Shown: one piece after another, positions 26,101 to 39,000 of the stretch
Numbering within the stretch: the stretch's first letter is position 1
How the letters are laid out: every line of letters begins with the position of its first letter
Assembly: GCA_023231475.1 (NCBI GenBank)
Contig: JALJEE010002436.1
Span: 124,001-188,000, forward strand
DNA from: Seison nebaliae
Lineage: Eukaryota
DNA length: 64,000 nt
Direction: 5' to 3'
Notes under the pieces: generated by a model
Databases searched by the model: none
Seen by the model: the letters and a program-made list of their open reading frames with translations, nothing else
What the model was told of the DNA's origin: nothing
Position numbers and translations under genes: made by a program

Positions 26101-27878
26101 TCTCCGAAACTTTTATTTAAGTTGCTCCTAAACGAGATTTCTCCATGCCCTCCCGCCTAAACACAAGAGGAAACTGAATGAATTAATTTAATCTGGTGAG
26201 AAAAGCAATTTCTGGAACTAAACATTACCTTTCGTCATATTAGAGTGTAGTGATTAAATGTGATTATATTCCATTCACAGGCTATATCGATCGTGAAGGA
26301 GTTATTGAAACGAATTTCACTATTCCTTATTTCTCTCCTCATTCCACTTACACTTTCATAACTAGCATAAAATTTTGTAAAAGTTTACTTTGAAAGTTTT
26401 TTTCTCGTAATGAAATGTCAATTAAATCATTTCCTCCTTCTTTTTTTTTACTGTTGAATAATCAGTTAAATGGAATTTTATTGGTAAGATTATAATTGTC
26501 GGTTATGTTTCGGTTATGTAATGAATATAATTTTTCATGAGAAAATCAATTATTTCAATTGATATCACGATGTTATGACTTGATTGTTTTTGATTTTTTT
26601 ATTTTTCTTTTGATTATATCGTACGAATTCCTTAAGATGATTTAACGTACTTTATTATTTTGCTTCTAATCATCACATAAAATAGTATTATCGTTGAAAT
26701 GAAGAGAATAATTTCTATTTCTCGTCTGTCAGTTGCATTTGTGGGGAAATAATTGTCGAGAGAAATAAGGGAAATCTATCGGAAGTTCTAATTCATTATT
26801 AACATCAATCATTGTCACGAGGAGAAATTCTGGCATAACATCTAACAAAGAATTCCATTATTGTTGTTCTTGTTGTTGTTGTTATGGGATAGCGTTATCA
26901 TTGTAAAGAAGAAGAAGAATTCGAAGAGGAATCGTACAAAGAATAGAGGAAACACTTCGTTGACGAACCATTTCCCAAAATTACAACTCGAAGAAGAATC
27001 AGATATTCTAAATGTACATCGCTGATCATATGGTTGATGGAGTATGGTTGACGAACGAACAATTCAATTTCATATCGAACCACTTATGATTTGTGAATAA
27101 TACATCGCTAATGGGAGAGAAGGAATTGATATGATTTTCGATATTTCCACAGTAACTACCAAACAAAATTGAAACCATCATCATCAACATCAACATCATC
27201 ATCAATGGTGATGAGATAGATTAACAATCGACAGAACGACAACTTCAACATAATAAATATTTAAAGAACATTCTTCTTTTGATTTGGAAGGGAATTGATT
27301 GAACTCTCTAAATCGAGTGCAAAGAGACGACAAGAACTTCGACGAATTCCCAATCACAGTCTGATCTGAACGATATTCATATTAGCAATGCCATCATTGA
27401 TGATAATAGTGAGGGAATGAAGTAGAAAAGAAGGAAGTTTTGGAGTACTATTAATTGCTTTTTGTTTGCTTTGCAAATGAAATAGTCGCATTTATTTCTC
27501 TTTGCCTCTACACAACGGCAGAAAAAAGAGGAGCAGAAAGAAAGAAAGAAAGAAATAAATAAATAAATTTATTGGGGGAAATCTCGAAAAGGAACAAGAA
27601 TATTATAGGAGGAGAAAGTTAAGAATAATTCACTTAAAAAGCGAAGGAGAGAAAGGAGAGGAGGAGAATGAAGTGAAGGAAATTGTTTTCATCAATTGAA
27701 AATATTTCCAAAAAAACATTTATGATTATCATCAATTACTCAACATTTATTTCAATGATTGTTTGTTAAAAGACTCGATTCGGAAAGAAATCCATTCGAT
27801 TCATCAATTATTCAGTTATTCTTCTAATAAATCGAATAAAAAAGCAGCCACGAATTACCTTCATTATAATCGTTGATC

Positions 27879-30800
27879 ATGAAGAAGTCTTACGTTCCTT
27901 ACAAATCCATTCTTAAAAACCCAATAATTACTCAACAACAGACGATGAAAAATAAGAATTTCACGTACCAATATGAATCTTCCATGAATTATGATAAGAA
28001 GAATAGATACATCATCTCATCTTCACACAAATCCGTCTCTCCCACCATCCTTCCCAACAATCGCAGTGTCCCATATGATTATTCGATGAGTCAGATAAGG
28101 ACAAATATACGGCACTCACCTGATTATGAGCGAAATGAAAGTCCTTACAATATTTCTTCTTCCAACAAATCTTCTATCATACGTACAACAACTCCATCTA
28201 CGACTCAAACCGTCTCCACTATGATATACGAAGCAGCACTCCCGTCAAATTCAATCAGACCATCCGCCAATCAATGGAATTATCCTTACGGAAAAGACAC
28301 GGATAATGAACAGAATCGTTTGGATTCCTATCAGAAATTGCGACATATTCCACTGCCACATACCAATTCCAATGATATTCATAATGACGACGTAACTGAC
28401 GATGACGATGAAGATGATGAGGAGAATGATGAAATTGAAGAAGACAACATTAAAGACAATAAGAATAGACACGTAAATGATGAGCTTGACAATGTCGATG
28501 CTGATGATGATGATGATGATAAATTTCCAGACTTATCTTTTCCACAATATAATCGTCCTTCAAGTCGCCATCCGACAAATATAGAAAATTTACGATGTTC
28601 TTATCATCTTTATTCTCAGAATCCGAATACAAGGCAAGATCAACAAAAACAGCAACAACAACAACAGCAATATATTCGAAATGAAATAAATGAGCAACAC
28701 GAAAGAGGAAAATTGAAACAACATCAGAAACAACTTCCCCAAAAACGCTGTGAACGAGATAATGATATTTTCCATTTCGATCAATTGTCAAATTTCCCAT
28801 CCAATGACAGGAAAATGCCGCATCAAATGAAGAAGCATCAGCGAGAGATTAATCAAACTGAAAAGAAATCAAATAATATACCAAACATTGAATATCAGAA
28901 AGATATCCATCAATACGATACATCTCCTTCATCCGATTATAATTGCGAAATTAATCAATCAATAGATCTCACAACATCGACGATTACTCCATTATCCGCC
29001 TTACGGTCTCGAGATAATTTATATGATCAACGAGTCATTCACTCAACTTCCAATACTCCAAAGAAATCGAATACACTTCAAATGAGGAAGAGAAATCTTC
29101 AAAAGAATTCAATGTCGTCATCCGATTTGGAATATCGTTCAAATTTGAAGAAATCAACTAGTATGTCTCGAGGAATGTCGAAATCGACGAATCGACTGAA
29201 ACAAGAGAATCGGAAGAAACAAAAGAAACGTTCAGAACATCAACAACCATATTACACGAATATTCAGTATATGAAGAAGAAAATGTATGAAGAGAATTTG
29301 GAAAATTATATAGAGAATGAATTGAATGATCGATTATGTCAAATAGCAAAAATTCGTTCGCGCAAATCTCTCATTGGCAGTAAGGGACGTTTCGGTATAG
29401 AAACTTCATATATTATAGTTTGGAGTGCATTGAAAGCGATTTCTTCTTTATTGTTAACTGGATCGACGATCAATTCGTTATTGACCGCTCGATTGACATT
29501 GGCCGTTATGAATGGAATTGAAATTTTCTCAATCGTTTTCATTCTCTTATTATTTCCCTTTAAAGGAATTCGATCATTATTCGTAACAGGAAATATCCTT
29601 ATCACTCTGTGGTTATTAGTCGCGTCGATTTATCCTCATATTCTCATCATTATTCCTAGTGTCGTCTTATTGGCAGTAGGATCGGCATTACTTCATGTTA
29701 AATTATTCGAATGTATCGCCTCCAGTTCATCCTTATCATTAATATCATTGAAAATAACGGAACCATTAAAATATGATTTCCATCAAACATCCAAAGACAA
29801 ATCGAATTCCAATATTGATCTTTTGAAAGAGAAAAAGAAAATTTTGAAATCGAACAATATCGAAGTTTTCAATTTGAAATTAAAAGAGTCTTATCAACTC
29901 CTCTTCAATGCGGTGAAGCAAACGGCAGAGAATTTGACAGAATGTAATCTAAATTCATTTCTAATTCTCTCACAATTCGTCCATATTCCATGTGTATTGG
30001 TCGTCGGTCTCCTCTTAACTTATGGTACTCCTTATCATACGAAAATTGCCGTTTCTACTGGACGATATGTTTATGTCCAACAACAGAATGATCGATTAGA
30101 ACACACTCAACTATTGACAAGTTCTCGTAATCGAACGTCTTATCGAATACATCGACGTTTAACTGAACCTCGATGTCAAATCAGATTATCATGGAATACT
30201 TGTCCATATAACATAGACAGATGGTCAGCTGCATTACATGAGGCATTCCAATCACCTATGCTAGCTCTACCTCCATACATCCTCCACTCTCATCATTACT
30301 ACACCGAACAAAAGTATTTGACGAAAAAACAAAAAATGAGTAAATGGAAAAGTTTAAAAAAAATTCTCAAACAGATCACGAATGAAAATGATATAAAATC
30401 ATCAAAGAATCAGAACACTAAATCAATATCTCGTTCCAAACGAACTTTCTCATCTAACGACCGTCAACCAAGTTCGTTTTATTTTTATTCTTTTTTTAAA
30501 TTAAATTAATATTAAATTTTATTTCATTTTCAAAAAAATTTCTTTCCATTTATTTAGTAGGTTCGATAAAAAATTCAAATATCTACAAATCGAATTTAAC
30601 GAATAAGAAAACGGAATTAAATCAAAATGGTCTCACAACTATCTATATCGTATCTGTCTGTCTCACATTCGGTATCATCGCTGCTATGATACCATTTCTG
30701 TGCACGGATAGTATCATTGACCATGTACCGATCGAACAATCGATATTGAGAGTTAATCTAATTAGTTTTCTCCAATTTCATATTCTCTTAATTTCTCAGA

Positions 30801-32763
30801 AATATTCATTATCGTTTTGGAGGAATATGATTTGTAGCAAATATTTAATTTCTCATATTTTCCTCAACTTCTTCATCGGTGTCCAAACAACATATTTTTA
30901 TGGTGATTTTCTAAACGTTTCATCATTTTTTCCATTTTCCATCATAAAACCATCTCATTTCTAGTGGAGTGTCACTTGTCCTTATGGAATATTCGAAATG
31001 GCGATCTGTTTAACTATCTACGGAATTTCAACTGTTATCGGTTCGGGAATAAGTATCTTCGCGTTGCAACGAATAAATCGAACAGTTAATAAAATTATTT
31101 TTGAAATATTTTAAGTTTCTCATCAGATTATTACCATGATCGTATTCTTCCTCCATTGTTCGACTCTCGCTGCAATTAAGCTTATCAATTCATCAAGTGT
31201 GTATGGAAAGAAAGGTCGTTCTCCTCCAACACAATCGCCACCCGCCACAATTCCCATTTTACCAAATTTATCTTCTACCAATTCGATGAGTTCAACTACT
31301 TTTCATCCATATTATATTTTAGTTGTGGCTTTCGGTTTTTGCGATGCCATTTGGAGATCGTTGAATTACAGTTCATATTTATTTATTTTTTGAAATTGAA
31401 TATTCAAATGTTCCAGAATATATGTTCCACTTCTCAATAAATGAAATAATTCCTAATATGGAATTGTCGAGATTGAAATATAACTGGAATTTGGTATATG
31501 AACAACAACAAATGAAGAGAAATTTGACGGATATGGTACCGACGGCAGAATGTGAGAAAACGGATTTATTGACGAGAAATAAATTGAGGAAATTAATTCA
31601 TCGGAAACATATCGAAGATGAATTCAAATTATTATCACAAAAAAAAACTTACGAAAGTTCTAATAAAAGTTTCATATTTTAATTCCTATTTTAAAATTTA
31701 TAATATTTTTTTTAATTAATTTTTTAAAGAGAATTCTTTAAAAAGACCAAGTAAATTAGCGACGAGTAGTTTCAAAGATATATTCTCGTTATCGGCATCT
31801 AATCTTACGAAATATAATAGTAAAATTCCAAAGGATAAATTGATCGATCATCATTATTTCCTCTCTTTCGTTAACATGTTACGAGATAGTACGGAACAAT
31901 ATACATTGTTACTTCCTTCATCGATTAGTTCGGTGATGTCTTTCGCTCATATATTTGAATGTTTTGGTAATTTATTCGGTTTCTTGTTGACAGTCGTTTT
32001 CTGTTCTTCAGTGAAATTATATGCTTTGATTGCCTTGTTAGGGATCGCCAGTTTCACGATGTTCATACTAGATTGTCAACCATGTCAAGAAGAACGAATG
32101 AAAAATGAGCACAATCTCAAACTCAAATGGTTCTACTTCACACAAATGACTTTAGTGGAACAATTGAATGGATTGAGTACGTTGTCATTCTCCAATTCCA
32201 TATTGAAATCATCTTCTAAGACGAATTTGGAGAATAATTCCAATTTCACATTTACACAATCGTTAGACAATCTCATTTCATCAAAAGTTATTACCATTTC
32301 AATGGAATCCAACGACGATTCATCAACCAAATTCAACGAATATAAGAAACATACGAGAAGTCTACCGAAACTTCCACAACGAAATGAAGATAAACAAAAA
32401 GTGATTAATAAGAATAATAATTACAAAAATACTTCGACAATCGACAGATATAACAGAAGTGCAAATAGGAAAATTTCCTTTTCGTCTTCATCTCTTACCT
32501 CATCGATGATAGATAATAATGATAATTATAATATTAACAAAAACCAGAATAACGAGACAAATGACAATACATCAAGTTCATTCGAAACCGATTATGCACA
32601 TGGGGCAACGACATATCAAATCCGAAAATCTAATGAACCGAAAAAAATTAATTTTCAACAAAATTCAATTAAAAGGCAAATTCAGTATCCTAACAGAAAT
32701 ATTCGTTTGCCACCAAACAAATCAATAATGTTATCTGAATCTAATAGTGATTCCACCGTCTAA
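27879..32763 (+). CDS. unc-93: UNC-93-family (MFS-like) membrane protein with long disordered extensions, ~1510 aa
   Basis: Exons 27879-30471, 30558 (or 30561)-30751, 30800-30916, 30965-31084, 31127-31370, 31417-31656 (or 31668), 31730-32763. Motifs IYPHILIIIPSVVLLAVGSALL, GVQTTYFYGDFLNWSVTCPYGI and FGFCDAIWRS match recalled UNC-93 signatures (GD(F/Y)T..YV.C..G, G..DAVWQTQ). Confidence 0.8.
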
Positions 32764-33248
32764 ATATGACGAGCATCGTCAAATGTCATGAGACATTATC
32801 ATCAGTAATCGATATATGGAAAATAATTTGTTGAAGAATTGGAAAACTATAAATATATTTAATTAATTCAAATTATCTACCTCATTCTAGTTGATATTTA
32901 TATTGTTAATGTTTTCAATTTGTTCTTTTTTAAATGAAATTTTATGATACAAAAATATTTTTAATTGAGATTACGCTAATTAAAATTTTCTTCTTCAATT
33001 ATATAGTGTAATAATCTGAAAATTAGTTTTGTTGTCAGAGAAACTGAAAGTTAATTTTATGGTAAAGAAATTTCAAAATTAATTTTATAATAAAAAATTT
33101 TATTCTCGAAAAGAAGAAAAAAATAGAAAATTATCGAAAAACTATCGAAAAAATGAGGAAATGTTTGAGTTGTGAGAGGAGGGGAAATTTGCAATGATAA
33201 TAAATAAAAAACTATGAAAGGAATTGGTGTAGAAATGGCGAATGATGA

Positions 33249-36083
33249 TCAGGTAGATATCCGATGACTAATTACTGTCTTCCAGATGAACGCTTGTTCG
33301 CTCGATAAGCAGATGATGGAAATGTCAGACGATGGATGATGAATGGAAAGTTCGGAATCGATTTGGTCGATTGATTGAATATCTGAGAGTTTAATTGGCA
33401 TTCCGATTATTTGGAAATATTTATTTGATCGATTTTCATTATTTGTTGGTATGACATCGATAGCGATGAAATAATAATTGTTTAATAAGAATAGAAATTG
33501 TTTAGTTGATGTATTGGAGATAATTTGGCTGGAATAGATGATGTTTTCATTCTTCAATTCTTCATTCTTTACCAAACAATTTAATGGTAAACTAAAATGA
33601 TATTTATCAATAACGAAACGATTCTCATTCAAATTCTCCGTCAACTTCTTCGGTAGGGAACAACTTCTTGAATTTTTAATTTTCATCAATCGTTTCTCCG
33701 TCGACGATTGTTGTTGTTGTTGTTGCATTGAATTGAATGAAGGACGAGAAATTAACGTATTATTAATTCCGTTTTTAATGACTGGTGAAGCGAAAGAAGA
33801 TGTCGATGAGAATTTTCTAATATTTGGGAATTTTCTTTCACTACTCGTATTGTCGAGTACGAGATCCAATTGCGATTTACTTAATGACATCGATTGATTG
33901 ATGATGGTACAATTGATCATGGATAAATCGTTCGTTGAATTCATCGAATTAATACTCGTCATCGTTGACATGTGACGAGACGATTCTTTACGATGATGAC
34001 AAAATTTGTTGAGTGGACAAACTTGCATCAATTCATAACATTCACAAAGTTTTATGAAATATTTGACTGGAGCAGTCAAGAATTCTTCCAACGTCAAATT
34101 AATATGATCAGCTAATCGATTCAACATCATTGCTGTCGTTTGTGATCGATTTACATTCATCGTCGACGAGAACAAATACCATCTCAATGTACTGAAAGCA
34201 TCAGTCAATCCTTCGGCATATGATTCGAATGATTCACAAACGGAAATAATGATCGATTCCAAATCCTTTAAATATGATGATCGATTTAATTTCAATTTTT
34301 GACAATTAGACGAGTCTGATTTGTCATGATAATATTGACATAAATCATTAGAGAATATATCGATTTGCATCTGATAAAGAATTTTGGAAATATCTTCGAT
34401 ATTTTGAAAAATTATTTGTTTCAAACGAAATTCTTTATTTCTATCATTTGATTGATTGTTGACGAAAATGTTGAAAAGATCCTGATGACGGAGATAATTA
34501 GAAATTCCTTTCTCTAATGTTTCGATAAGTTCGTGATGAATTTCACAAAGTTCCGTTCGAATTCGACACCATTCACAGGAATTGGTAATTTCATTCTTCG
34601 TTTGTTCGATCGATCGACAAACACATTGATGATTTGAATAACGTTTTTGATAATCGATTTTTGCTGATAATATTTCCGTTTCATTCATCACTTCTTTCCT
34701 CTCGATATTCTCGTTCAATTTGGATTTGATTGAAAATGAATAAATTTCTTTCGATTTCGTCATCGTTTTCGTTGTTTGAAGTGAACTAATTTGTTCATTG
34801 TCAATCCTTCCATCTCCCATCTCAACGGGCAATAATGGGGAACATTGTTTAGATGATTGTGTAATGTAACCGATATCATCACTCGCACTACTCGATCGTC
34901 TTTTTTTCAATTTCTTTTTCTTATCTAATCGATCTAAAGGACAACAACAATCCACATAAACATTATCCAATTTTTCAGCTTGTTCCGATTTCTCTAACGA
35001 ATGTTTCGTCCCACTAATATTTATGGTATTCTCATCACTATTACTCATTAATAAAGTTTTATCTAAAGTATGATTAATACCAAATTGATTAATGGAACAA
35101 TAATCATGATTTTTTCGATTCTTTCCAATTATCATCTTTTCATTCATTATTTTCGATTTGTCTTCTTTTTTCATTCTTCTTCTTCTTGTTCGATTAAGAC
35201 TATAATCATTCTCATCATAATGAATAGCTGACAACATTCTCAAACTATTTTCCATCGATTGATAAGTCGATTCTTTTTTCGGTTTCGTTCGGTCTTTATT
35301 CGAATAAATTCTATTTGATTTGGTGCAATATTTTTTATCCGATTTTAATTTGATCTTCTTTCCTTCCATCGTATAAAATGAATGTGAATTTGATTCTTTC
35401 CTTTCTCTCGACAACTCTTTACCTGGAGTTCGGTTCGATCTCGTTCCATCATATGGAATGTTGCTTGTTGCATAAATCGAAGGAGATGGAAGTGAAGAAA
35501 GATTTGGTAAATGTTTTTTCTTCTTTTTTATCGAATTATTATTATTATTAATATTATTTGATTGATAAATATTCGATTGTGGTTGTGAATTTGAAAGTAA
35601 TTGATAATTTGAATTATTATTCAACATATGACCACCGTTAACGGTATTATGGAAATTGGTGGAAAGGAATGTGGATGATCGACAAATCGATGGTCTCCCA
35701 TCGTTCGATATAGAGAGGTAATTTGGTGAAGTTAAATTTTGATTAAATTGAATTTCACTAATTTCGAAATAAGTTCTCTTAATATCCAATTCGATGATTT
35801 TGTTTCGTCTTATCAATTTTTCGATGGTGGATTTTCTCGATCGTCGAATACAAATTCCGTTCAACGTGATCAATACATCGCCTTGTCGTAGACCTTGTTT
35901 GGCGGCGATGGATTTATCTCGTACCGTTTGTACCGATACTCCAGTCATCGCTTCATTATCGTTAGTTGTGAGATCGTTGTCGATCAATGTGAATCCGAGA
36001 ACATGATTAATGAATGCTGAATTGGAAGTTAACGTTCCACGAATATTAAGAAGAGCTGAATTCTCTGGCCACTGGATAATCAT
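33249..36083 (-). CDS. 944-aa PDZ + degenerate DH + PH-like protein, TIAM/still-life-related
   Basis: Single long ORF. PDZ: LGFTL...VQTVRDKSIAAKQGLRQGDVLITLNG. DH remnants: ELIET, IFQNIEDI, LTLEEFLTAPV. C-terminal PH-like end SSEQAFIWKTVI. ATG directly follows a pyrimidine tract and TAG. Confidence 0.8.
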   Translation of the reverse strand: MIIQWPENSALLNIRGTLTSNSAFINHVLGFTLIDNDLTTNDNEAMTGVSVQTVRDKSIAAKQGLRQGDVLITLNGICIRRSRKSTIEKLIRRNKIIELDIKRTYFEISEIQFNQNLTSPNYLSISNDGRPSICRSSTFLSTNFHNTVNGGHMLNNNSNYQLLSNSQPQSNIYQSNNINNNNNSIKKKKKHLPNLSSLPSPSIYATSNIPYDGTRSNRTPGKELSRERKESNSHSFYTMEGKKIKLKSDKKYCTKSNRIYSNKDRTKPKKESTYQSMENSLRMLSAIHYDENDYSLNRTRRRRMKKEDKSKIMNEKMIIGKNRKNHDYCSINQFGINHTLDKTLLMSNSDENTINISGTKHSLEKSEQAEKLDNVYVDCCCPLDRLDKKKKLKKRRSSSASDDIGYITQSSKQCSPLLPVEMGDGRIDNEQISSLQTTKTMTKSKEIYSFSIKSKLNENIERKEVMNETEILSAKIDYQKRYSNHQCVCRSIEQTKNEITNSCEWCRIRTELCEIHHELIETLEKGISNYLRHQDLFNIFVNNQSNDRNKEFRLKQIIFQNIEDISKILYQMQIDIFSNDLCQYYHDKSDSSNCQKLKLNRSSYLKDLESIIISVCESFESYAEGLTDAFSTLRWYLFSSTMNVNRSQTTAMMLNRLADHINLTLEEFLTAPVKYFIKLCECYELMQVCPLNKFCHHRKESSRHMSTMTSINSMNSTNDLSMINCTIINQSMSLSKSQLDLVLDNTSSERKFPNIRKFSSTSSFASPVIKNGINNTLISRPSFNSMQQQQQQSSTEKRLMKIKNSRSCSLPKKLTENLNENRFVIDKYHFSLPLNCLVKNEELKNENIIYSSQIISNTSTKQFLFLLNNYYFIAIDVIPTNNENRSNKYFQIIGMPIKLSDIQSIDQIDSELSIHHPSSDISIICLSSEQAFIWKTVISHRIST

Positions 36084-39000
36084 CTATGAATGAAGAACAA
36101 TAGAAATAAGAGATAATTAAAATTTGAAAATTTCGAGATGAAACAATGAAAAAGAAATCGATTATTCGCGTTAAGTTAAATGACAAATAAAATCAGCGAG
36201 TTTTGATAAGAAATTACTGATTAAATATATGTTGAAGTAGATTGGATAGTAATCGATAAACGATTTTAACTGAAACAATCGGATCGATGGAAACTTGAAA
36301 GGAAAATATGGAGAAGACGGAAAAGAAAGATGAAAGCGAGCACGCTAATACGTAATTGATTGTTTCGCTAAAATAATGATTGTTGAGATATCGGACTCTA
36401 TCGGAGTTGTTCATTCATAAAAATCTCTTAATAATCATCAAGCAAAGTGTCATCCAAAAAGTTGAATGAAATGATCCGAAAGTTTAATAAACATTCATTT
36501 CATTCTCACCGCCGAATTATGCAAACTGTGGAAAAAATCTTAATCATATTTCGGAGCAACTAAATCATTCTTAAGCTAAACTGTTCAGCTACTGAGTCTC
36601 TTCTTTAATGACTCGACTGTTGTCGACGGAAAAGAAGAATAAACAAATCGGGAGTAGTCGGATGAGAATGGATTTTCCGTTTGAAAAACTCATTATCTTA
36701 AAGACACTTCGTCGTCATCGGAATTATTAAGAAAGAATTTCTTTTCGGAACAAAATTACATTTCACAGAAAATATGAAAAAATGAATAATTGAAAAGAAT
36801 GAAGAGAACGGAAATTTGGTTTGGACACATTCATACAAATCTTTTAGATGATTTTCCTTCCTCCGTATTTGAGAAGGGAATTGATTCGAATTCTGATTTT
36901 TATTAGAATGAAATTAACATAATTCTAATAAATCTTTAAATGGAACGACGACTATTTATACAAAAAGGTATGAAAAATTTAATGGATAAGACAATGGAAG
37001 GAATTATTTCGATACTTCCATCCAACTACTACAGATGATATTAACATTAAGCACATGATTAATCAGGATAAGGAATGGTGGTAGAATATGGAATCTAATT
37101 CCGTTTAATGATAATTCACCGAAGGATGTTCGGCCTTTATTCTTCTTCCACACCGATGCATCGTCTTAATACGATTTCCATCTGACAATACGAACAATTG
37201 AAATGCGGCAATTAGTGACGATATTAATGTATCGAATGATAGCTAACTAATAGGAATAATGAGATTAAAATAAGTTGAATGCATCGAATTGAAGATGTAA
37301 CGAATTGATGAGGAGGAAAGAATCTTCTTTTTATTCTTATTAATTGAAGAAACTTTAATGAGTTTACTTTCCATCGTAATGTGTTTTTTCTCTGCTATTT
37401 GATCTTCTTCTTCTTTCATTCAAATTCAAACTAGTTCTATTTTGATGTATGCACTATATGGGTAAAAGGGGAATATGTAACACTTCTGTTGTGACTGAAA
37501 ACGGTTTTGTTGTTGCCATCGGACGGCGTCAAATGTCAACAAATGATTATCATACGTTCTTGTATTTCCGTTCGGGGAATGAAGGAAGAAGTGTGGAGAG
37601 GAAATGAGAGAGGAAAGAAAATGAAATAAGAAATGTTTATTCGTTCTTTACTGATCTTCACAGAATCAGACGATAAAGTTTGAAGAAACATTTTCAGCGT
37701 CAACGTGTAATGTAATCAACAAGAACGTCCAACATATGACCGAGTGAGAATAGATTCATTATAAACAAATTGTCTTTCATTCAGAACATCATTACAATAA
37801 ATAAACTAGAAAATAAAAATAAAAATAATATTTCTATGGAATCATTCAAATGATCTACAGACAGAAATATGCACAGAAATAATGTTTGGAGAGGTTGAGC
37901 AGGATTTAACGGATTAAACCAGACGAAAAATTATTGAGATTGTTAAAGGACAGAATTTTATAAATAAAAGATAATCGATAATTATCGAACTCTCATTTCA
38001 TGATAATTTTGGAGGAATCAACTACAAATATTTTCGTGAGGCGGAGATGTGAAAAGAACGTCAATGTGATAATTATTCTCGTATCAACATTTTCCCAATC
38101 TTGACCAAAGTGGATAAATGTGAGAAATTGCCATCACCAATGAAGAAGGAAATCTATCTCACACTTCATTCGAAGTTGTTCGAATTAAGAAACTTCTATT
38201 TTCGTCCGAAAATTCATCTCAACAAAACCGTTTTACAAAAAATAATGAGTCTGAGTCATTTCCAATTAAAATTTAAACGACTGTCAACATTCATTCGTTC
38301 TCTAGCACACTCGAAGAGACATTCTCAAAATTATTTAGTCTCTATTCTTCCAAAATGGGACTGATAGAGAAAAGCCATGCTCCTGATGTTGGAAAGATGA
38401 CCGTTATACATCTTTTGCAGAAGAAGAGTTTTCTTATCTCATTATCGAGTGGAAAATCGTTGCATCATTTGTCATTGTTACTGGCTTATTGAAAATAAAT
38501 AAACTCAAATCATACACGCTTCAACTGGTCGACTAGTGAGAGGAGAGACAGGAAAAATTATTTGGTAAATAAGAAGAAATATTTGAAAATGACATTCATT
38601 TATTATCTCTCCTTCTCTCCATGTTTATTGGAGAGGAGACAACATCGTTGATGGTTAATGGTAGGAGACATGACATAAACAGATGATAAAACATGGACTT
38701 GTAATGGAGATTCTGTAAAAGAAGGAATGTCTTTGAAAAAAAAAGAAGATTTCTTCTCACACAATAAGGTTTGGTGGCAAAATATAAATCTCGAACTCCT
38801 CGCAAGCAAATGGATGAGCAAGTGAATAAATAGAGTGAATTTAGCTCCACCTAAAAAATTTCATTTTGGGTAAATATTTATTCGAATTAATAGGAAAAAC
38901 AAATAGCCTCTATTCCCTATCTCCATCTCAACTATTCCACATTTTTTCTAATTCAATTTTACTTTATTGAAATAACTTTGCACCTCGCTCCAACAATCAC

